This document shows, one piece after another, positions 47,204 through 52,980 of a DNA stretch of 52,980 nucleotides. A program made the position numbers and the translations under genes. The DNA is from a virus (lineage: Duplodnaviria > Caudoviricetes): IMG/VR virus record IMGVR_UViG_3300030104_002689, positions 1-52,980 of that record, one strand, 5' to 3'. The notes below the pieces were generated by a model. The model was not told the DNA's origin and ran no database searches. It saw only the letters and a program-made list of their open reading frames with translations. The stretch's first letter is position 1. Each line of letters begins with the position of its first letter.

Positions 47204-48747
47204 TGGCGAGCTTACAAACTCAAGTTCGTGGATTAGCTGGTACTTCTACTAATGAACTACAATGGGTCAATGATGGAATAAGAGCTGTTGTTGACAGAGT
47301 TTTGTCAATTGACCCAGGTTCTGCATATTTGTTTACACAAAGTCTTGATGGTGGTGGTTCTGGTTTTGCAACTGTAACTAATAGACAGCATGTATTAAGT
47401 GTTGCAGTGGGAAGTAAAAGTGCAACAGAAATACCTGCAAGTAAAAGATTTGTAGCAGCTGAAGCTAGTTCGCTTCAAAAAGCGACAGCAGATTATCCAC
47501 AATACTATTTTTTAAATCAAAAATTATTTGTTATACCATCTGGTAGTTTTACCTACAGTGCAGTTGAGTACACTACATTAGCTAATTTGAATGGTACAAC
47601 TATAAGCAATTTTCCTACTAGTCTAATACCTACTGTAGTGAATTATGCAGCTATGAAATCTTTAAATGAAAAAATGGTCGGCTATACGGGGCTCTCTGGT
47701 TTATCTCTTACTCTACCTTCTGTACCTCCGCAACCATCATTAGTTTTTTCTGTGACGGATACGATTACGGCGGTGAATACTGCAGAAATTACTAATGTCT
47801 CGCTACCAGAGTTTGTTTCGGTAGCCGACCCTAATATTTCTACGTTGGATCTATCAAGTTTTAATGTACCTGTAACACCTGATGCTCCATCATTTTCATA
47901 TAGTGACGCTAGTTTGCAAAAAGCATTTGCATCGTTAAATGTTCAGTTTAGTACATCTGCGCCAACGTATACTGCTCCAAGCATGAAACCTATAGATTTT
48001 ACAAAAATATCATCGTTAATTGAAGATGATGAAGATATAGAATTAGCACAAATCAAACTTTCTGAAGAACAAGTTAAAGTTTCAGAATTTTCTGCTGAAG
48101 TTCAAGATAGCGTAAATGCTTTTAATAAAGAAAACACAGAGTACCAAATACAATATCAAAAGTCCGTACAGGAATTTGAAAGCCAAGTTAACCAAAGAAT
48201 ACAAGAAATGTCTATTTCTAGTAACATAGACCTTCAAAACAAGGCTAAATCGCTTGAAAAAGAAGTAAGTGAGTACTCATCTAAGCTACAAAGATATACG
48301 CAGGATTTACAGCGTTATCAAGCCGATGTAAGCAAATCTGTGCAAGAGTGGACATTGAATAACTTGCAATATAAATTTGCTAAGTATCAAACAGACATAA
48401 ATGAGAATCTAAACGAGTATCAAGCTAAAGTAGGTTCTACTTTGCAAAAATATTCTGCTGATATAACAAAATTAGGTACAATAACCCAAACCGAAGCAAA
48501 TAAACTTGGAGCTAATCTTCAAAAAGATTCTGCTAAAAATAATGTAGAACTACAAAAGTTTAATTCTGCATTACAAGATTTTTCACAACAATCACAAGTG
48601 TATATAAGCGAATTTAATTCTAAAATGCAAAAATCGCAGATAGAATACCAATGGTATGAAAAGCAATATGCAATTGTACAACAACAATATGAAAAAGGTT
48701 TTGAACCTTTTATGATAAGGAGACAACAAGATGGCGAACAGAGTTGA
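47203..48747 (+). CDS. Virion structural protein (adaptor-like N-terminus, Pro-rich linker, long coiled coil)
   Basis: P.YY....KLFVIP and FP..L...VV.YAA adaptor-like motifs; Q/E/K helical C-half. Confidence 0.6.
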   Translation: MASLQTQVRGLAGTSTNELQWVNDGIRAVVDRVLSIDPGSAYLFTQSLDGGGSGFATVTNRQHVLSVAVGSKSATEIPASKRFVAAEASSLQKATADYPQYYFLNQKLFVIPSGSFTYSAVEYTTLANLNGTTISNFPTSLIPTVVNYAAMKSLNEKMVGYTGLSGLSLTLPSVPPQPSLVFSVTDTITAVNTAEITNVSLPEFVSVADPNISTLDLSSFNVPVTPDAPSFSYSDASLQKAFASLNVQFSTSAPTYTAPSMKPIDFTKISSLIEDDEDIELAQIKLSEEQVKVSEFSAEVQDSVNAFNKENTEYQIQYQKSVQEFESQVNQRIQEMSISSNIDLQNKAKSLEKEVSEYSSKLQRYTQDLQRYQADVSKSVQEWTLNNLQYKFAKYQTDINENLNEYQAKVGSTLQKYSADITKLGTITQTEANKLGANLQKDSAKNNVELQKFNSALQDFSQQSQVYISEFNSKMQKSQIEYQWYEKQYAIVQQQYEKGFEPFMIRRQQDGEQS

Positions 48748-49243
48748 ATACGCAGTTAGTGTTACTCCTGTAAAATCTACTACTTTTGGTGTAGACTATG
48801 CCGCAAGTGATGTTACAGATTTAACAGGTCAAGCACATGATTACATACACCCAGAAGTAGCAAAAACTTTAGGAGGCAGTGGTACTATTTCAGGGATCGC
48901 TGCAACAGTTGTTGGCTACGGGAATGCTACAGATGGAGAACCAGATTATTTAAATACTTCAAGTGGTAGTGGTACATTAGCAACATCTGCAGCTCAAGAT
49001 ATGGTTTTTATAAAAAATCCTGGATTAAAAACTGATGGAACAGAATTTACAGGAAAAATTTCAGTTAAAATGAAATTAACAAGTGGTGGGGCAGATCAAG
49101 GGGAGTTTTGCTCACTTTCAAAAGGAATGGCAATTGCACTGCCTGATGTTCCTACTGGTAAAACATTTACATTTACAGCTGTGGGTGGAAACATTGGCTC
49201 AGGCGATGATGATGTAAAAGTTGAATATATGATGATTACTTGA
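48731..49243 (+). CDS. Virion structural protein
   Basis: Gly/Thr-rich, beta-type, in the structural operon. Confidence 0.6.
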   Translation: MANRVEYAVSVTPVKSTTFGVDYAASDVTDLTGQAHDYIHPEVAKTLGGSGTISGIAATVVGYGNATDGEPDYLNTSSGSGTLATSAAQDMVFIKNPGLKTDGTEFTGKISVKMKLTSGGADQGEFCSLSKGMAIALPDVPTGKTFTFTAVGGNIGSGDDDVKVEYMMIT

Positions 49244-49437
49244 TGGAAGATTGGACAACAGTAGAAGCAACACCAAATACTAATTGGGGCGACTCAGTAG
49301 CTGACCCTTCTACGTCTTATTCAACATCAGTTAATAGTGTCGCAACAACGTATAAATCTTTTCAAGTATTGTTTTTTGCAGACAATCTTAATGCTAGTTG
49401 GGAAGGTTTGGATAATATAGTATGGGGTTTTGAATGA
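49240..49437 (+). CDS. Small structural protein
   Basis: Coupled ORF, Trp/Thr/Ser-rich. Confidence 0.55.
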   Translation: MMEDWTTVEATPNTNWGDSVADPSTSYSTSVNSVATTYKSFQVLFFADNLNASWEGLDNIVWGFE

Positions 49438-49706
49438 CGTTAAAAGAATTAATGGAAAGAGTTGGAACAACAAATCAAGGTTATGCTATAGCGTATACAA
49501 AAGATGCTATGCGTGAAATAAACATGATGATTGAAGATAATGTAGCCTTGAGTAAAGCAACTATTACTAAAGGTCAAAGATTTTATTCATTTCCTGATGA
49601 TTTTATATCACTAAAAAATGTAATGGTTTATGATACAACTGAAACTAAATATGTTAAAATAAAAAGAACGTTAGAAGTTAAAGACGTAGATTCGGATAAT
49701 ACATAA
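49434..49706 (+). CDS. Head-tail adaptor-like protein (N-terminal-type half)
   Basis: MTLKEL..RV....AMREI and GQRFYSFPDDF. Confidence 0.6.
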   Translation: MTLKELMERVGTTNQGYAIAYTKDAMREINMMIEDNVALSKATITKGQRFYSFPDDFISLKNVMVYDTTETKYVKIKRTLEVKDVDSDNT

Positions 49707-50059
49707 TGGCTATAGATTTTTTATATTATTTACAAGGAGCTAACATTGCTCTTGTAGAAAAAGAAGAAAACACAGAGCAATACAAAAGTCCAAGCACTAC
49801 TATTAATGATGGTTTGCAATTAGAATATTCTAAAATGCCTACTGCTCCAACTGCTGATAACAGTACTATAGATCTTTCAGAAGAATTATGTTTAGCTGTT
49901 GTTGATTATTTAAAAGCAAAATTTGCTGAAAATGAACAGCAGTATGATAAAAGAAATTTTCATATGGCTGAGTTTAAACGTAAAGTATTTCAATACCAAA
50001 GAAATCGTTTTGGTGGATTAAGAAAAGTAGAACAAAAAGAACCATACGCAATTAAATGA
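49706..50059 (+). CDS. Head-tail adaptor-like protein (C-terminal-type half)
   Basis: LEYSKMP....IDLSEEL..AVVDYLKAK. Confidence 0.6.
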   Translation: MAIDFLYYLQGANIALVEKEENTEQYKSPSTTINDGLQLEYSKMPTAPTADNSTIDLSEELCLAVVDYLKAKFAENEQQYDKRNFHMAEFKRKVFQYQRNRFGGLRKVEQKEPYAIK

Positions 50060-50066
50060 GGATAAT

Positions 50067-50396
50067 ATGCCAAATAGTTTAGTAGGACAATCAATCGGAA
50101 CAACATATAAACAACTTACTCATGTTGATGGTGGGTTAGAAAGTTCTGATAAAAAACTTTTAGATGGAGATGGTACAGAAGCATCAATAGAGCTTGGTAC
50201 TGACAATATAAATGTTGTTACTCATAACGGGTCCAACAAAGGATTAAAATTACAAGGAACTCTGCTCACTGCTAGTGCAACGGAGTTAAATCAACTAGAC
50301 AATAAAACAGTTGGTGGAAGTGGGTCTACGGATATACCAACCAACAATGGTACTGCTTCTTTCGACAATAAAACAATAGATGGAGGCTCATACTAA
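50067..50396 (+). CDS. Small fibre/collar protein
   Basis: TASATELNQLD fibre motif; IDGGSY end. Confidence 0.6.
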   Translation: MPNSLVGQSIGTTYKQLTHVDGGLESSDKKLLDGDGTEASIELGTDNINVVTHNGSNKGLKLQGTLLTASATELNQLDNKTVGGSGSTDIPTNNGTASFDNKTIDGGSY

Positions 50397-51364
50397 TGGC
50401 TAATACTATTCAATTTAGGAGAGGTACAACAGTTCCTTCGAGTGGTCTGAACGCTGGTGAACCTCTATTCAAAACAAACGATGCTAGATTTTATATAGCA
50501 TCAGGAGCTTCAACAGCTAACTGGGTTGGCGCACCAATCTTAGATGAAGACAATATGGCAAGTGATAGTGCGACTAAACTTGCTACTCAACAATCAATTA
50601 AAGCATATGTAGATGCTCAAGTAGCAACACATGATGCATTTGAGGAGTTAGTAGATACTAATATTAGCAATCCACAATCTGGTCAAATGGCTATATACGA
50701 TGGTACTAATAGCTGGGATAATGTATCTATGGGTGGTGATGCTACAATGAACGCTGCTGGTCAAGTAACTATTGCTAATGATGCAATCACAAATGCAAAA
50801 GTTGCTGATGACGCAATAGATTCTGCTCAAATTGCTGATGGATCTATTGATACAGCTCATATTGCAAACTCACAAGTAACAAACGCTAAACTTGCTAACT
50901 CAACTACTACTTTTGCTGGAGATTCTGGCAGTAACCAGGCTATGGCTTTAGGAAGTACTTTTACAATAGAAGGTACTGCTAATGAAATAGAAACAACTAT
51001 GGCTACAAATAAAGTAACTGTAGGTTTACCTAACAACGTAACAGTTAGTGGTAATTTAACTGTAAATGGTACAATGACAACTGCAACTAGTCAACAAGTA
51101 GAGCTAGGTGATGTTAATATTATGATGGCTAAAGAAAACTCAGCAAACTCTGTTGATATAGGATTCTTTGGCAAATACGTTGCTAGTGGAACAAAATACA
51201 AAGGAATATTTTCAGATCAAGACAATTCAGATACTTGGACATTTTTTAAAGGAACTGGTACTGAACCAGCTTCTACAGTAGATACTAGTGCTTCTGGATA
51301 TGCATTAGCTGGTATTAAATGTGCGAGTGTAGATGGTGCTACCATTGATGGTGGTACATATTAA
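50396..51364 (+). CDS. Short tail fibre (Mtd-N-like N-terminus)
   Basis: IQFRRGT..P..L..GEP; LATQQSIKAYVD; (I/V)TxAK(I/L)A repeats; IDGGTY end. Confidence 0.7.
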   Translation: MANTIQFRRGTTVPSSGLNAGEPLFKTNDARFYIASGASTANWVGAPILDEDNMASDSATKLATQQSIKAYVDAQVATHDAFEELVDTNISNPQSGQMAIYDGTNSWDNVSMGGDATMNAAGQVTIANDAITNAKVADDAIDSAQIADGSIDTAHIANSQVTNAKLANSTTTFAGDSGSNQAMALGSTFTIEGTANEIETTMATNKVTVGLPNNVTVSGNLTVNGTMTTATSQQVELGDVNIMMAKENSANSVDIGFFGKYVASGTKYKGIFSDQDNSDTWTFFKGTGTEPASTVDTSASGYALAGIKCASVDGATIDGGTY

Positions 51365-51576
51365 TGGCAAATACATTACAATTAAAACGAAAAACAAATG
51401 CTACTGGCTCTCCTACAGCAGGAAATCTTTCTGAAGGAGAATTAGCTATAAACACTGTTGATAAGAAACTTTTTTTTAAAGACTCATCTAACAATGTGCA
51501 AGAAATAAAAGATAGCACAACACAAACTGAAGAAGCATTGGCAAATTCAGTTGCTATGGCTGTAGCTTTAGGATAA
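51364..51576 (+). CDS. Small fibre-anchor protein
   Basis: LQLKR....P....L.EGELAIN..D.KLF; AMAVALG end. Confidence 0.7.
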   Translation: MANTLQLKRKTNATGSPTAGNLSEGELAINTVDKKLFFKDSSNNVQEIKDSTTQTEEALANSVAMAVALG

Positions 51577-51580
51577 CATT

Positions 51581-51919
51581 ATGGCAAATACATTTAAAGC
51601 AAAGACTAAACTAAATGTATCAGGCTCTGCGGGTAGTCCTACGACTATCTATACTGTACCTAGCTCTACAACTGCTGTTGTACTAGGATTAACCCTTTCG
51701 AACACAACTGCATCAACATCAATTACAGTAACTGTTAAAATGGAAAACAATGATGGCGACAATATTACTGTACTTAAAAATGCACCTGTTCCATCTGGTG
51801 GATCATTGGAGGTTATGTCTGGTAATAAAATAGTCATGGAGGCTAGCGATATACTTAAAGTATATGCAAGTGGTGCTAGTTCTTGTGACTGCTTACTATC
51901 ACTAATGGAGATTACTTAA
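51581..51919 (+). CDS. Virion structural protein
   Basis: MANTFK...YTVP...LSN...K.V.E..D.L....S.MEIT pattern common in aquatic phages. Confidence 0.7.
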   Translation: MANTFKAKTKLNVSGSAGSPTTIYTVPSSTTAVVLGLTLSNTTASTSITVTVKMENNDGDNITVLKNAPVPSGGSLEVMSGNKIVMEASDILKVYASGASSCDCLLSLMEIT

Positions 51920-52980
51920 TGCCTTTTATTGGTAATAAAGTAGCTGATGTTGCAGTAACTGTTGGTCAGGGAGTTATTGATGCTAGCCACATACAAGACG
52001 CTAGTATTACTACTGCTGACATTGGTAACGATGCAATTACACCTAATAAAGTAGACGACGACGGAACTGGATTCCAAATGGGATCACTTGGGCTTGGTAC
52101 TGCTGTATCAGGTTCTCATAAACTAACTGTTGGTGGTACTGCTTCATTTACAGGAATAGTATCTTTAGGTGATTTAGATATAACACCAACTTCATCTAAT
52201 GTATCTGTTATAAAACACGATAGTGGTAGTGGTTCATTAACTTTACAAGGCGACCAAATTAATATTAAAAATAGAGCAGGAGATGAGACAGGTTTAACTT
52301 ACAATGATGGTGGAGGAGTTACTTTTGGGGGCAGTATAACGCAATCTGCTAATGCTAATTTAAGACATACTATTACAGCAGGTGGTAGTGGAGAAGCATC
52401 TTTAGTTTTAACTGCTAACAATAGTACAGGTGATTCTTTTGTAAGATGGGAAACAAATTCTACAACTTTTTGTTTAGGTTTTGATAATTCTGATAGTGAT
52501 AAATTTATTTTAAGTGCAGGAAGTGACCCTCATTCTAATAGTGTAATAAACATACAACCTGATGGTTCATCAATAGCCATAGATAAACCTTTAAGTTTTA
52601 CAGATGTAGTAACAGGTAAAACAAATTCACATATTTCATATACAGCAGGTCAAGGAACAGACACGGTAACTGGTGGAGCTTTTCGTGCCCCAGGTTCTGA
52701 TATAGTTACAGGAAGATTATTTTTACAAGGGTATCAAAATGGAGCAACTGATTTAGTAGGATTTAATAACGAATCAAGCCAATTAGTATTATATAATTAT
52801 ACAGACAGTGCTTATATGGTAAAATTAGACCATACAGGCAATGTTTCTATAAATGGTGACAGATTTATGCTTATGGAAAGCAATACTGATAAAGGATTCT
52901 TTGGTAAAGACGATTGGGCAACAAGTGGTGGAAGTGCTGACAATGTAAATGTAGGCTCTTATAGTGGTCAGGTTAAATTA
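51919..52980 (+). CDS. Tail fibre, N-terminal part (3'-truncated by window edge)
   Basis: Not in track. ATG at 51919 (TAATG coupling), MPFIGNKVADV..., open to the end; in frame with the homologue of nt 3-647. Confidence 0.85.
   Translation, partial: MPFIGNKVADVAVTVGQGVIDASHIQDASITTADIGNDAITPNKVDDDGTGFQMGSLGLGTAVSGSHKLTVGGTASFTGIVSLGDLDITPTSSNVSVIKHDSGSGSLTLQGDQINIKNRAGDETGLTYNDGGGVTFGGSITQSANANLRHTITAGGSGEASLVLTANNSTGDSFVRWETNSTTFCLGFDNSDSDKFILSAGSDPHSNSVINIQPDGSSIAIDKPLSFTDVVTGKTNSHISYTAGQGTDTVTGGAFRAPGSDIVTGRLFLQGYQNGATDLVGFNNESSQLVLYNYTDSAYMVKLDHTGNVSINGDRFMLMESNTDKGFFGKDDWATSGGSADNVNVGSYSGQVKL
52352..52980 (+). repeat. Imperfect direct repeat, copy 2 (matches 1-647)
   Basis: ~89% identity by manual alignment; 18 nt shorter than copy 1. 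Confidence 0.95.

Noticed and set aside
1-52980. Stop-codon reassignment as in some crAss-like phages
   Set aside because: Code 11 gives dense, uninterrupted genes, and TAG and TGA both end genes at coupled junctions.

Overview
This is an AT-rich (~32% GC), probably near-complete ~52 kb tailed-phage genome with podovirus-like organisation. The contig opens and closes inside the same tail-fibre gene, and the two ends (1-647 and 52352-52980) are ~89% identical alleles or paralogues. It has two transcription blocks. The + strand late block runs 37.4 kb to the end and 1-26.2 kb: TerS, TerL, P22-like portal, scaffold, major capsid, adaptors, several fibres, lysis genes, a tail nozzle protein and five ejection-type proteins. 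The - strand early/replication block runs 37.1 to 26.3 kb: small ORFs, Cas4-like nuclease, ERF, SSB, ParB-domain protein, DUF932, DnaB helicase and Holliday-junction resolvase. No DNA polymerase, primase or integrase is recognisable. The main finding is the 2237-aa ejection-type protein (16276-22989). It carries the ordered motif set of a single-chain two-barrel RNA polymerase of the crAss-gp66/YonO/QDE-1 type (DG..K..K, RxP, an unusual catalytic DFDHD, IGxxxN, AAFD) plus a Rho-N-like domain. It is therefore a probable virion-packaged RNAP in a small phage that uses Shine-Dalgarno signals and lacks crAss-type replication genes. Other observations are strand-specific structured RNAs in the early region, a GC- and TCGA-rich first early gene behind a twin-hairpin element, and several unannotated translationally coupled micro-ORFs. 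All family calls come from motif recognition by eye; no database searches were run.
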